Source: the human T2T-CHM13v2.0 reference genome, Homo sapiens. Taken from it: DNA of 64,000 nt. The notes below the pieces were generated by a model. It was not told the DNA's origin, did no database searches, and saw nothing but the letters and a program-made list of their open reading frames with translations. The position numbers were made by a program, and so were the translations under genes. The first letter of the stretch is position 1, and each line of letters starts with the position of its first letter. This document shows positions 36,907 to 51,329 of this stretch, piece by piece. Location of the stretch: the NCBI RefSeq assembly GCF_009914755.1, contig NC_060927.1. One strand, written 5' to 3'.

Positions 36907-37540
36907 ATGCACACATACATTTGTATGGAGGAGGTTTTTTATTCAGAGATATAATTCCTTCTTGCTCACAGAAGTATTTCTGGTTCATGAGGACTAAAAA
37001 GAACAAAAGCGAGAAAGCTGGTGTGGTATAAAAACTTTAACTCACTGAAGAAAAATATATAGAACAATGTGTTGCCAGAATCTAAAACAATATAGAATGA
37101 AAATTTCATTGGGTTGATAATAAAAGGTAATTGACCAGATAGACAAGAACTGTTTCTGCACTGTGGCCTAAGCACATTGAGAGAAACCAATGATACTTTA
37201 TCTGGAGAAATGGTAAAAGGATATGCAAAATAAAAAACCAAGAGGAAATCTGCCATTAGGACAAGAAGGAGAAAAAAATAACTGGACTCCCTTGTCTTTC
37301 TGTTTTGAAATTTCAATTTTTCCTCTTTTCTCAGTAACAGCTTCCTCAGTAACCTGAGACAGTGCCTTGGGAGGTATGGCATCTTCCCCTACAGAATGTT
37401 ATACACTCTCTTAAAGCCATACATCCCATTGTTATTGTTCCAATCTATCTCTATAAACTTAGTCCAGTTTACTTCAATTTCTGGGATTTTGGAATGACCA
37501 TTGCCACCATGCAGAGCCTCAAGCTTATATTATACGGTAA

Positions 37541-38255
<715 letters not shown>

Positions 38256-38309
38256 TAGTAGTAGTAGTAGCAGCAATATTAATTGTTATACTAGTAGTAG
38301 TAGGATAGT

Positions 38310-38460
38310 GGTATTTTCTACTTATTGAACCCTGACTATATTAGGTATGTGCTTGTCATCTTACGTACATTCTTCATAATCCCAAAATGTCCCTATTATG
38401 TTATTTCTCTATTTTATAAGATTGGAAACAGGAAGAGGTTAAGTCATACCATTAGAGGAG
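38310..38460 (-). mobile_element. MIR fragment
   Basis: CTACTTATTGAACCCTGACTATA...CTCTATTTTATAAGATTGGAAACAGGAAGAGGTTAAGTCA. Confidence 0.55.
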
Positions 38461-40580
38461 CAGCAGGACCTCCGCATTGAATTATCCTAATTGTTAGAAT
38501 AGTACTGATTCTGAAATTTCACAATTTGTAAAGTTAGGAGAACTGTTCTCAATGAATATTGAAAGAAAGAAGGGAAACTTGTTTTGCCTTTTTCGTTTTT
38601 ATAAGAATACGTTTTTAAATCAAAGCCAGATTGGAATAAAAAGAATTTTATGGCTGTCATCTTATACAGAGTATCATTAAATAACATGAGCTAATATGCA
38701 AAATGATTATTACAAAATTTTTATCTAGATAAATGATTTTGAAAATTTGATTAAAACCGATCTGCTGTATTTCTTCCTAAAATTATCTCCTTCACTGATT
38801 TGCCATTCTCTAGTTCAGTAATGATAACATAAATAGTAATTACAATGTATCCTGAGAGGGTATTTTAAAGCTTCAACTATAAGTAGCTGTAAATGTTTAA
38901 TGTGTAATTATAATGCGGATATAAATTAATAATCTGGAAAAACAAAAGAAGGGACTGGCGTGTTTTTCTTCAATAATGAGTATTTTCTAATAGACAGAGA
39001 AACAGAAATGTAAAATTGGTACTGAAAACAATGCTTTAAGTCTGAAGGGATTTCTTATACTTGATGACCAAATTATATTCATTTCTTCTTCCAACAAGAA
39101 GAATCTAAGACGTATTTGACACAAAATTGGTGTCTGACCTATGTTAGGTAGATGAGTGATGGACAAACCATACTGATAGTTGGTTTGTACTTAGCATTAA
39201 AAATATTTTATTATATGTAGAGGATATTGGCCAAACTCTTGGAAAGTACAAAGATATTTATAAGGGGAATAGGCATTTTCACCAGACAGTAATAATAATA
39301 ATAAATATTAGAAAATAATAAATACTAAATGATCGTAATAACAGAGAATTATCCAGAAAGTTTAAGATACTGACTTTTTAAGATCTTTTCACGACAAATG
39401 TATTCTTTGGTTTAAATTGTCCAGCCAATTCATTGAATAGTGCAATTTGTTTAATAAATATGTTCATTGTTTACTGTATAAGTACAGGGAACATAGAGTA
39501 AACAATGACCCATTCAATTTGAAGAAATCTTAGTAAAACACACATTTATTTTTATCCTAATTCTATATATTTAAGTTTTATAATTTTCTTCAACATAAAT
39601 TATAGTTTAAGGTCTTGAAATGCGTCTAGACAAATCATTTGTCAAAATTCAACAATTAAAAGAAAATTCGTATTTTGATGCAATTGCACAAGTCATTTTA
39701 ATCTCTGCCTTTGAATAATTACATTTTTGTAATTTGAATTATAATTTTTAACAATTTCCTTTGAACATATAAAAATCAATTTAATTTAAATTTTTCATTT
39801 TATTTTAACATTAAGTAAGTTGTTAATAAGAAACAAGCTTCTCATATTGATTTCTATTTTTTTCTACCTGAAATTGTCTCTCAAATATGTATGTGTTCAT
39901 GAAATACTTAGATAATTTATCCAAGTTAGAAAATGGAAATTAGGTAACCAATATATATTATAAAATAATTTCATTTCCGAATACCTGAGTTTGGGGGGAA
40001 AAAGTTACTGTTAATGTTGAAAGAAAAGTAATTCATTGAATTTTAGAGAATACCTAATTCCTACTATGTGAGTTCAGAGACAATCTTCATGAAGCTCTTC
40101 TTCTCCAATCAGAATGGACTTACTCCTCAGTTGTCAGTTGCTTGAGATGGTACCACAGGAGCTGAGAGAAAACTTGGTGAGACAGTTCATACACTCAGTA
40201 GCTTATTAATAAATCAATAGCCCTCTCCCCAATCACAGTAAATAATCCAGTGTAGATTTGCCTCTTAGGATCTTGAGATTTTTCTTCTCAAGCACACCCC
40301 TTTCATAAATGCCCAAACTCTTGAAATGGTCACCATTCATTAGTTTACACCTTATGTATCACATATGCCAAATATTTCCTGAGGCCATCTTTTAAAATTT
40401 TCCCCCTTGGAACTTGTGTTAAAAAATAACCTTTCTATCAAACTCCATTTATGTTTTAATTAATTTTCTTTCACTTTTCAAACGCATATAATAACCAATC
40501 AAAAATAAGTGTGAAGTTCCTAACGTTACAACTAAATTATTATCAAAAGTAAAACAGCCCCAAAACCAAACTAACATTTT

Positions 40581-40857
40581 GTTGTTGTTGCTGAGACAGG
40601 GTCTTGCTCTGTCGCCCAGGCTGGAGTGCAGTGGTGTGATCTTGACTCACAGCAACCTCTGCCTCCCAGGCTCAAGTCAAGCTATCATTCCACCCCAGCC
40701 TCCCAAGTAGCTGGGACTACAGGCACGTACCACCACACCCAGCAATTTTTTTTATAGAGGCAGGGTTTCGCCATGTTGCCCAGGCTGGTGTTGAAATCCT
40801 GGACTCAAGCGATCCACCCTATCAGCCTCCCAAACTACTGGGATTACAGGCCCAGCC
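40581..40857 (-). mobile_element. AluJ (Jb-like) with 14-bp TSD
   Basis: (GTT)n tail, CCCAGGCTCAAG, GTTGCCCAGGCTGG. TSD CAAA[C/T]TAACATTTT at 40567-40580 and 40859-40872. Short deletion near the Alu 5' end. Confidence 0.93.
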
Positions 40858-40989
40858 TCAAATTAACATTTTAACCGACCTAGATTGGTCTCCATTACTT
40901 TGTTCAAGAATCTTCAGGGCCCAGAAAGTCCAAATTAAGAGGCATAGTTTTGGAGGCATTAATAGTGAACATCACCTCCTACCCCTTAC

Positions 40990-41460
40990 ACTCATCTTTT
41001 CCACAGCTGTCAGAATATCATATTTACCATGAAACTCCTCTGCCAAAAATTTTTCAATGGTTCACTGTTTCTTCCAGGAGAAAGACCAAGCTAATTAACA
41101 TGGTTTACAAGGACAGTCCATCCCTCATCTTCCACCATTGTGTGAGTTCTATGCTCAAATGACTGTAAACTACTTGGCCTTCTGTTCTACACTTCATCTC
41201 CCAACATTCCCCCAAACACACATATGAGGGCCATGTGTTTCCTGCCAGTCACACTCTTTCTCATAGCCGATTTACCTCAGGAATCTTTCGAACTTTTCAG
41301 CATGTGGTCCCCTGACAACTCATGCATGTGCCTGGAGTAATAATACATGCTATGCATGAAACTGTCTGCCCTTCTAGGTGCTTATCTCTTTGAAAGGTGT
41401 GTCTATGTCTCAAGAACCTTTTTATTTATGCCAATTCATCCAAGGCCTGGCACAAATTAC
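40990..41460 (+). mobile_element. Decayed L2 fragment
   Basis: CCATGAAACTCCTCTGCCAAAAATTTTTCAATGGTTCACTG...AACATGGTTTACAAGG...CAAGGCCTGGCACA. Confidence 0.45.
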
Positions 41461-42404
41461 AGAGGGCAGGATTGGAGATGGAATGTGGGCTGCAGATAGA
41501 GGCACTGATTGGAAACACAGAAGAGTATAAGGTTGAGTGCATCTACTTAACAACTTTCTGAATTCATATGCCAGTGAATAAATGAACAGGGAGGGTCTTA
41601 CTGGTTATAATTTATTTGAGCTATCTAAAAAAGAGTTTAGTGTCCCTTAGCTTCTGCTACATTCTTCCCTTACCTTATCCCTCTGGAAATATCTAAAAGG
41701 TAGCATTTCCCCTACAGGACAGTAGAAAAATATCAGGTGTCCCTGCTTTATGATTTCTGCATACAGAATCCATAACTTTCAAAGCTCAAGGCAATTAATG
41801 GAGGCCCCTAAGCTTCTGTTATATTCCAAGGATACAGCAAAGTTTGGAAACGGTCCTCTTCCTAGAGCTCTGGAAAATGTCCTATCTTAATAAAGATAAT
41901 TCTCAAGCCATTAGGAACCTCAGAGATCTAGAGCAACTCTTTACAAATAAGGAAACTTTTGCTTATTCATTTATTCTGTGGTGGAAAATGCCAGAAAAAT
42001 GCCTGGTGCTGGAATAAAAATGAGTCAGCTGGCTGCTCCTCAGGCCTTCACAGTCTAGTTAGAAAAAATGACCTATAATAGGATAATTAGACATGTAAAA
42101 CATTTACAGAACTTGGGCTACAGAGGTGAGTTGATTTTCCCAAGGTTACATGCACAGATAACGTTGGTTGATCTAAAGAGGAGAGTAGAAATGATACATC
42201 ATAATTTCTGCCCTTGGCATTTTAAAAAATTAATAGATTTTAAAAGTTTTATAAGTTAAAGAGTCATATGGATACTTAATTACTTTGTTGCTACCCCCTG
42301 ATATTTTGCTTCTCTCCTGGTAGAATCTTAAATAAATATTTACTGGAATATATCTAAAATTTTAGTTCAGTGCTGCTCCTCATGGATTCCTAATTCCTTT
42401 GAAG

Positions 42405-42640
42405 GAGTGTATGGTGTAATGATAAAAAGAATAGATTTTGGAGTGAGAAACAATTGATTCACAGCTCTGGTCCTTCATTTACAGAAAATACAATTTCAGA
42501 TCAATGTATCGACCTTTCAAAGTCTCAGTTTCCTCATCTGTGAAATGAAAATGGCAGTGTGCATCCCAAAAAAGGCTTGAAGGGGATTGAATAAGATACT
42601 GCATGTGATTCAATTAACATATAATTCGCACTCAATAGAA
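42405..42640 (+). mobile_element. MIR, near full length
   Basis: GGAGTGTATGGTGTAATGATAAAAAGAATAGATTTTGGAGTGAGA...AAGTCTCAGTTTCCTCATCTGTGAAATG. Confidence 0.8.
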
Positions 42641-42779
42641 TGAAAAAAAAAATCCTGCTATTTTGCCATGAAGAGGCTTTCAACCTTTATAGGAGAGCTT
42701 GTGAATCAAAAAGCATACTGCCAATAACATAGCCTTTCAAAACTGAACCCAGGGCTTATTCAGCTTATAAAGCAGAAAT

Positions 42780-43110
42780 CCTGTGCTCACTCTGTTTCCT
42801 CAGCTGGCAGCGTTCTTTCACCTTTCACCTCTCAAAATCCCTATTGTTTTTCAAAGTTCATCTCAAATGCACTTCCACAAAGAAGTCTTCACTGAGACCT
42901 CACAGAGAAGTCTCATTTTCTCTTTCTCTTTCTTCCCATAGTATTTTGCTTCTATTACTTCTAAATCATTTATTTTAATCACCCTGATTTAAAAATTGGC
43001 TGCATGTCCGTCTTCCCATTATATGATAACATCTGTGAGCACATGGGGAATGGTTAGCACAATTTTTGTGCATAGTAGGTTCTTTCAAATAACATCTGTA
43101 GAATCAAACT
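42780..43110 (+). mobile_element. L2 3' fragment
   Basis: CTCACTCTGTTTCCTCAGCTGG...TTCAAAGTTCATCTCAAATGCACTTCCACAAAGAAGTCTTC...CATAGTAGGTTCTTTCAAATA. Confidence 0.6.
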
Positions 43111-44192
43111 AAACTGAATAGAAAATAAGGAACTGTATTATTTTTGTGACTCATCTGAATTTTGCAATCTTATGCCATCATTTAAAATCAAACCTATAAG
43201 CAGATGTGATGATTAGGGTATTTGAGCACATTGAGGAATGTTATAATTCAAGAAAAATTTAGAGGAAGTAATTTTATTGACTGAATAGCAAGATAAACTC
43301 ACTTATTTTTAATTGAGGGGCAAAATAAATACTTCTTGAGTGAACAAGTACTCAGGAAAATAACTAACACCTTGAATTGTATGAGGTTTGTATGTTACCA
43401 CCATATTTTTAAAATAATGGCTAGTAAACGCAGAAAATTAGAGCTTTATTCATTCATCTATTCTTTTTTTTAAAAAAATTTATTGAACCTTTATCAGGTC
43501 TCTAGAATTTGACAAATTACTAAGAATGACCTCCAAGAACTCAATATTATTAAAACATGTAATGGTAACAACATTAGACTTGTTGATTAGTAAGTTTATG
43601 CCAACTTTTAATAAAAACTTTTTATATATATCAAACTTATTTTGTCCATACCGTATTGTAGTGTGGGAGCCTTTCGGGCAGAAAATGTAGAAACAAATTA
43701 AAATATAATTATAATTATAAAAATATACATATACATGCATCTATAGATCCTAAGATAGCTGAGAATTCTAACTTTAATATGTTGTGGTTAACTTGTCTTT
43801 GTCAACTTTGAATTTAACCAAAAAACAGAAAAGTGTGACCTTATTTTTTAAAATTATATAATTCTCTTTGATGAATGTACTGATCATTGCTACTGACCAG
43901 AGACGGAACAAAACCCAGGGCATATTTTTATTAGTCACATGTGTTTTTCAATTATTTAAAGAGGAAAGTAAAAAGATTTAAAAGATTATTGGCTCATTTT
44001 TACTTTCCCTTTTGTGGATGTTAATCAAAGATTTGACTAATTTATTCTTACCTTTAATAGTGTATGGTAGGTTTCTTTTTTTATTTGAAAGAGCGGTTTT
44101 TATTATAATGAAGTTAAAATCAAATTTGTTCACATTTTCTCATATTCAGTCATGAAGTTTTAGAAGCTACTCAGTTTAAAAATGAAATATGA

Positions 44193-44563
<371 letters not shown>

Positions 44564-45469
44564 TTAATGATTAGGCAGAAGCCTGGACCGGAGAATGGGA
44601 TGTGGTGGTCTTCTTCTCTTCACATTCCTGCTCCTCAGTGACACCCATCCTTTTTCTGTATTCACTGAGTGTATTATTTTGTTCTTTCCTAGGCTGCCAG
44701 ACTCCTCCTCCTAATTGCAGCTTCCTCTCCTTCAGCCAGCAGGCTATAATTCCACCTCGCTTTTGCATCCAAAGGCATCACCCCAAACTCTTTTTGCAAA
44801 AGCAATCTTCCCCTGGCAGAAGTCTGCTTGGGTTAGATTTTCTTTTCAAATTATTCCAGATCAACATTCCTACTATGAATTCCATATCCATCTTTCCAGA
44901 CATATTCACTTTTGGTTCTCTATCAATCAGTGAAAGTGCCATTATTTGTTTCAAGACAACACCCAGCCCCACTGCCATAACCCACTTCAGTCAACATTTG
45001 TCTGCCTTTTCCCCACTGTGCTCAAAGAGCTTCAAGTCACACATATCAAGCTATCCAAGCTAACTCCTTAAAGCTTCTCATACCAGACTGGAAGTGAGGT
45101 GAAGCATTTATCTCCCTCCCTCTGTGGGGAGGGGAAGGAATGTGCTTCAACATACAGCTTTCTACAAAGAAATCCTCCCCAAAAAACATTTTTTTATTAA
45201 TCTTTTATTTTCATATCATGAGCATTGGACTAAGTTCACAGGCAGCTTATTGGTCATCTTTGCAAGATTTACACCAATGACCTAGCAGTTTCACCTTGGA
45301 ATTGGTTTGTTCTTGGCTTTGAGACACAAAATGTTGTTATTCATATGTCGTTTTAAAAAAGTATAGTGCCATTATTGATTTTAACTTACCTGTTTGTAAT
45401 ATGTTATCATTGAATATGATGTTTGTTATATATTTTGGGCAGATAACTGTTGTTAATCAATACGATTTT

Positions 45470-46160
45470 TATTGAATAATAATTAAATTAAGTACCTATT
45501 TGTGCTAGAAATTCTTTTCAATGCTGGAGATATAATGGTAGGAACAAAAGGTCTCCCTTCTCACACAGTAGTGGGAGGAGGTGGGTAGGTTCATAAATTT
45601 AAAAATCACACATATAACTGTATATATAAATAAAAATAGTTATTTCAGAAGTTAATAAATGCTATGAAGTAAACAAAACATGGTAATGTGACAGAGTGAC
45701 TGAGGTATGAAATTAGATGTTGGAGGAGAAAAAGCTTCTCTAAAGGGATGGAGTTTAAGCTGTACTTTAAAATGGAGTTAATCATGTGAGGAGCAGGAAA
45801 GAGAACATCCCAATCAGACAAAGTAGCACACCCGAAGTCATAAGGTGGTAATATGTGTGCGTGTCTAAGAAACAGAAAGGACAGTGTTGCCAGAAGACAG
45901 CCAGGAAGGCCGATGCATTCAAATAGCAGGGCATATGGGCCACAGTGGAGTCTGTTTTTTTATTTATAAAGCAATTGAAAGAAATCAGAGGAGTTTAAGC
46001 AGAAATGCTTATGACTTCATATGTGTAAACTGAAGTGGTCACAGGCAAGCCTTTGATATATAGTCCTCTTAGTTATCAGGCTACTGAGAGAGCCAGAGCA
46101 AGAAATGTCAGTGGCTCATACAGGTTCTTGGTAGTAGAGATGGAAAGAACTTATGTAAAA
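45470..46160 (-). mobile_element. L2 fragment
   Basis: ATTAAGTACCTATTTGTGCTAG...TGCTGGAGATATAATGG...TAAATGCTATGAAGTAAACAAAACATGG...GAGGAGTTTAAGCAGA...GGTAGTAGAGATGGAAAGAA. Confidence 0.75.
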
Positions 46161-47229
46161 TGTAAGTGGGGGAAGAGAAGGGCATCCTGCTAGATAAAAT
46201 GCTTCAATAGTTGATCTTCTGGCTCTGGACACTCACTAATATTTCTCTGAGTTTTTGGATACCCAGTCATCCTATCTTTTCCACACAAACTCCTGTATTC
46301 AATGTCTTTTTGAGAGACAGTGACTCCTGTTATTGGTCTGGCCAAGAAGTGAATTGGAGAATATGCAGAGGATTCCACAACCACTCCCTGCTATCATACT
46401 CCAAATAGCTGTGCTGTGGGCTCTCTGGACTCACTTCCACTTCTAGAATGGGCTGTTTATGGGCCTGGTCTTTTCTTGGTGTTGAATCTACCTTTTGTGT
46501 TAATTTTCTGTGAGCATTTTTGTTAAAGATTTCTTTGTTCAATTTAAGATCACTTGCTCTCTGTCTTCCCAACATTCTTTGTTGTTTCTGAGTACATTGG
46601 TACTCTCATTTGCATTTTTTTCTTGAAATTTCAAGATATTTGGGGAGTGAGAGGATTTGCACCTCTAATACAGCCTCCCCCAGCCCCCTCGCACGCACAT
46701 TCTAGATATGGCTTGTATTCTGTCAGTTTAACATAGAGTGTTTTCCTTCTTACAACACATTTAAACCCGATAAAATCTTTTACCTATAGTTTTAATGCAG
46801 TGTCTACTAGTTTTGAAAAGGTTTCAGATTTGATACATTATAATTGAATCTTCTTCAAGTATTGAAAATATTCTTTAAAGCCTTTATAAGTGCACCAAGC
46901 TTATGCAATTATAGTCAATAAAATAGTTTTTTATTTCTTAAATTTCTAGTTTCTTTCTCATCAAAATGCAAATTAGTACAATCAAATATGCTTCTGTTTT
47001 CTGAGTATTTATAAGAAATACTGGATTTACTAAATCTGCACTAAATGTCTAATAATTAAAAGGTAAAATTGCAAGAACTTAATTTTTTAAATGCAATCCG
47101 TTATTATATATTCAGATTATAAAATTTAAATTATTTTATGACTTTATGTTTTTTCATTACTCTTACGTGTTTTAAAATATATGCATCTTCCTGTGTGCTC
47201 TTTGATCTTTTGGTGGGAATGTGCCATTC

Positions 47230-47450
47230 TCCCTTAAGGCTTTGGTCTTTGGAGTTGAACAGACCTGAATTTGAACCCTTGACATGTTACTCTGTTATCT
47301 GGGGTAAAGTATTAACCTTTCTGATGCTTTTTTTTTTCCCACCATACGATTGGGATCATGCCTCCTGCATGAGATTCTTCAAATTTGTTATATAACATAT
47401 GTAAAGCTCCTTTCACAATACCTGATTCCCAATAAACATTAGTTACTGTT
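47230..47450 (+). mobile_element. MIR
   Basis: GGTCTTTGGAGTTGAACAGACCTGAATTTGAACCC...GGTAAAGTATTAACCTTTCTG...ATGTAAAGCTCCTTTCACAATACCTG. Confidence 0.7.
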
Positions 47451-48699
47451 GTCTCATTACTGATGCCACATTGGCTTTCCATTTTGCGATTATCATTTAT
47501 TAGTTGTGTAATCACAGATAGGCAATGTTAACTTTTTGAAAGCATGTGCTTTTAGGTTAATTAAATGGAAGAATGGACATGGAAGTAGTTTAAAAACAAT
47601 AATGCATTAATAAATACAAAGTGGGAAAAACACAACTAGAGTGACACTTTGTTAACTTAGGTCATTATAAAAATATATCCCCATTACATTGTTACAGAAT
47701 AAAGTGAAGGATACAGAAAAAGAGAACAATTGTGTGATACAACTACACAGCACTGAGGCTAAAAAGGGACAATCATTATAGACAGTCCAGATATGAAAAC
47801 ATAGACTTTTGTCTATTCCAGATTTTCTACTGGAGTTCTTTACTGTATATTATACACACTTTCTACTATCAACATTAGCTTATCTGTGCAAACTGTTTAT
47901 TGCTATAGATTCTCTTTCCTTCATCTTTTTACTAAACCTTCCAGGCAAAAATGCCCGACTAGTATTTTTCTTAACTAAAGTTTTCTTTTCCTGGCTATCA
48001 GTCTCAAATGGGTGCAATTCTAAATAAGTCAACTTTCTCCAAATATCGGGGTAATGAACAAAAAAACTTTATTAGAAATTGTAATGTTTTAGTACCACCT
48101 ATCATCTGCAAACTGTGTCCAACTGGCCTTAGAGAGCCCCTAAGCTCTCTAAAAATATGAAAATAAATGGAATCTAATTAATCTGGATTCTATGAAGAGT
48201 TGGGTGAGATAGGTTAAATGAACCATGGCTTGTTTAAAATTATTGTTGCAGCTTTGTTCCTCTCTCATTTTAATTATTTAACATTATCAGTTACCTGATT
48301 AAGATTTAGTTTCCCTACCATTAATAAATAAAATCAGCGGGCATTGATGTTAAGTGTCAACTTGTTGTAGTGTTGACAACCTAGTACAGCTCTGATTACT
48401 TCAGGAATATGTGTGGGAAACTCGATTTAATTACCTGTCCCTTAGAATTGCCTTTGCATGTCACATTTCCATATCTTTAATTTCCTCATACCTGACTACT
48501 TCCTGATGTAAATTGGGCAGGTATGGAAGTGACATGAATGACTTGGCTATTATATGTTTATTTTCCTCCGTATATAAAAGTAATGTGGTTGACCTTACCA
48601 CATTAGGTGACAGATTTGGTTAAACTAGATGGAGATACCTCTCTGATCCTCTGTTATGACTGACTAAAAAATAATTCTTATTGTAAAATTGGAAAAGCA

Positions 48700-48815
48700 T
48701 GTTCAAGTAGCAGTGGAATGATCTTTCATAGGAAAAAGTCAACTGAACGCACATATCAAACCTGTGACCCTGATCTCATTATCATCATAATCTAACCATA
48801 CAAGACAACGATCAG
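48700..48815 (-). mobile_element. Decayed tRNA-derived SINE head (MamSINE1-like) or tRNA-Ile-like pseudogene
   Basis: Minus strand of 48755-48798 reads TGGTTAGATTATGATGATAATGAGATCAGGGTCACAGGTTTGAT. It aligns ungapped at ~31/44 to tRNA-Ile(AAT) as recalled (TGGTTAGAGCGTGGTGCTAATAACGCCAAGGTCGCGGGTTCGAT). Confidence 0.55.
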
Positions 48816-48859
48816 ACTGTGTATACCACACAGACAAAATGGAATAACTATATAACTTG

Positions 48860-49100
48860 GGAAAGCAGTAAGAGTGATTAAAATCTCAAGCTCTATAATA
48901 ACTGCTTTAAATTCAAATTTTTCACTCCTTGGCTTACGCAAGTTATTTCATCTTTCTAGAAGTTTCGGTCACCTCATCTATAAAATAAGGATAATAACAG
49001 TACCTACCTAATAGGCGTTTGAAAAGAATAAATGAGGCCATTTATGTAAGGTTGTTCTCTCAGTGCCTGGAATATAATGGGTAAGTATTAGCTTTACTAG
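48860..49100 (+). mobile_element. MIR, near full length
   Basis: GCAAGTTATTTCATCTTTCTAGAAGTTTCGGTCACCTCATCTATAAAATAAGGATAATAACAGTACCTACC...CAGTGCCTGGAATATAATG. Confidence 0.8.
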
Positions 49101-49222
49101 TTTATATTACAATCATGAAACAGTATTTTGAATGCCCAAAGTAGCAACCATATGGATTTGGTGAGTGACTCATTGTGAATAAGTAGTAGGTTCTGTAAGT
49201 GAACATTGAAATGACTACTTTT

Positions 49223-49464
49223 TTGTTTGTTTTATCTTGTTTTTAATTGATATATAGTAACTGTATACCTCTACAGGGTGATGTTTCAATACATTTATAC
49301 ATTATGTAATGATCAAATCAGGATAATTGGCATATCCATCACCTCAAATATTTTTTATTTCTTTGTAGTGAGAACATTCAAAAACCTTTTAGCTATTTTG
49401 AAATATGCAATACATTATTATTAACAATAGTCAACCTACTGTGCAATAGAAGACCAGAATGTAT

Positions 49465-49510
<46 letters not shown>

Positions 49511-49636
49511 CATCCCATTTTTAGAAATCCATTCATCCCTTAGTGGTCACTTAGGTTGATTTCATATCTTGCTTGTTGTGAATAGTGCTAGAATAAACAT
49601 GGGAGTGCAGATATATCCTTGAAATGTCAATTTCAG
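49223..49636 (-). mobile_element. Short L1MA-type insertion with TSD and an internal (TCTG)(TCTA)n repeat
   Basis: TGTAATGATCAAATCAGGATAATTGGCATATCCATCACCTCAAA (L1MA 3' end) and CACTTAGGTTGATTTCATATCTTG...AAACATGGGAGTGCAGATAT. TSD GAAATGACT[A/G]CTTTT at 49208-49222 and 49637-49651. Confidence 0.88.
49465..49512. repeat. (TCTG)3(TCTA)~8 compound tetranucleotide STR
   Basis: TCTGTCTGTCTGTCTATCTATCTATC... Confidence 0.9.
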
Positions 49637-51329
49637 GAAATGACTGCTTTTGAAAAGTTTTCTATTCTTTTCCAAACTCCATGCTGGTCTGAAAAGGCTC
49701 ATACAAATTTCCCAAGTATCTATTCCATTCATTAAAAAATCTAGCATGTTTATAACTGATAATGATAATAATCATTGTATTAAACAATCAATACTTCACT
49801 ATATAAATGTGATTCACTTTTGTTGTAGTATATTCCTTAAGTACTATAACCCAATGAAGCACTCATCAAATTCACTTTTCACTTGAAGTGTTAAAGTTCA
49901 TCCTTGGTACCTGCAAGGTCATTCCTGACAAATTGACTGAGGTTGTTAAGGTACAATTTAAGATAACACACAATTTCTTTAGTGTCTGTTTTTTTAAAAA
50001 AAACCTGTTTTTCATTGTGTATAATTATATACTTACATTGACAAATATGAATGTCTTGTTCATGGCAGCTACTTTATCTTTTCTGGCTTTGGAGACCTCT
50101 TTTTTAGTTGAAATTTATAAATTAACCAAATGAAGTACCTCAGTATTTCTACCATTGTTAATTTTTTTAAAGGAAAAGACTAGAGTCTCGAATAATTTAC
50201 AGCAGAATTTATTAGGCGATGGTTTTAGGAAATAGAAATGAATTTTTTGCATGTGCCAATGTTTCCATCTTGTTACAGATGGCTCTTGCTGGCACAAGAT
50301 AAGGGTAGAGGAAAACCAATAAACTTGCCAGATTTTCCCTAAAAATAAATGAAGAATTTTGCATATTGCTCTTAAAAATGAATTTTTGCCATTATTATAT
50401 ACTAATATCTGCTTCTTTTTGTTTTTCTGCTTTAAAATTGTTACACAAAGATGATATTAAACCTTCATAATTTTTATGAAAGCAAAATGTAGCTATTGAA
50501 TGGATTTTGGCTCTCAGTCTTTTCTTTCTTAACAATAAAGTTAATGCTCCAAAAATGCATGAAAATTTATTTTTAACTGACAGTTGATTTTTTTTCAGTA
50601 AGTAAATTAAATCATTTCATCTTCTTCAAATATAGAAACAAATGTAGAATTCTGGATTACATATTGTAAAAAATAATATGAGTAATTAATTGATATGACA
50701 AAAGGTTGTGATATCATTTAACTAACTTACAGTGGTAAAATTTTTCTTACAGAGCAAATGTAAATACAAAGTTATTCAATTTAATTGAGATATCTAGTGT
50801 ATTCCTGGTATAATAAACAAGATAAGTGATACAGAACCATATTTAATATTTTATTCATTAAAATATGAAATACTTTAAAGAATAAGAACATTCCTAAAGT
50901 TAGAGTTCATTGTGCTTAATGTATTTTATATACAAATCTGTAGAAATAAATAGTTGCTTTGCAGAAAAAGTGGTATTTTGATAAGCTAAACAAACTTGAG
51001 ATTGGATATCTGATTAACTAGATATTAGCTCAAAATTTTATTTTAACACTTTCAAATAATATTTCTAGGAAATAATATTTGATTTTTCTTGGCACACAGT
51101 ATTGAACATAGACTGCATTTTTTGTTTTATATTTATTTTCCTCTTATATTAGATGTCTTAAATCCCTCAGGACCAACATTTTGAATATCAATTATTTTTA
51201 TATCAGATGATAACTGTGAATATATGAGTGGAAAATATTTGGCTGAATCATTAGAAAATATGGAGATTAAGTGGAGGGTTACTTTTTTATTCAAGTCATT
51301 TTTCTTAATGGTTTTTACTCTCCCCTTAT

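Noticed and set aside
45384-45395. Perfect minus-strand CAG/GTAAGT as a recursive splice site
   Set aside because: No polypyrimidine tract precedes the AG and there is no good upstream acceptor.
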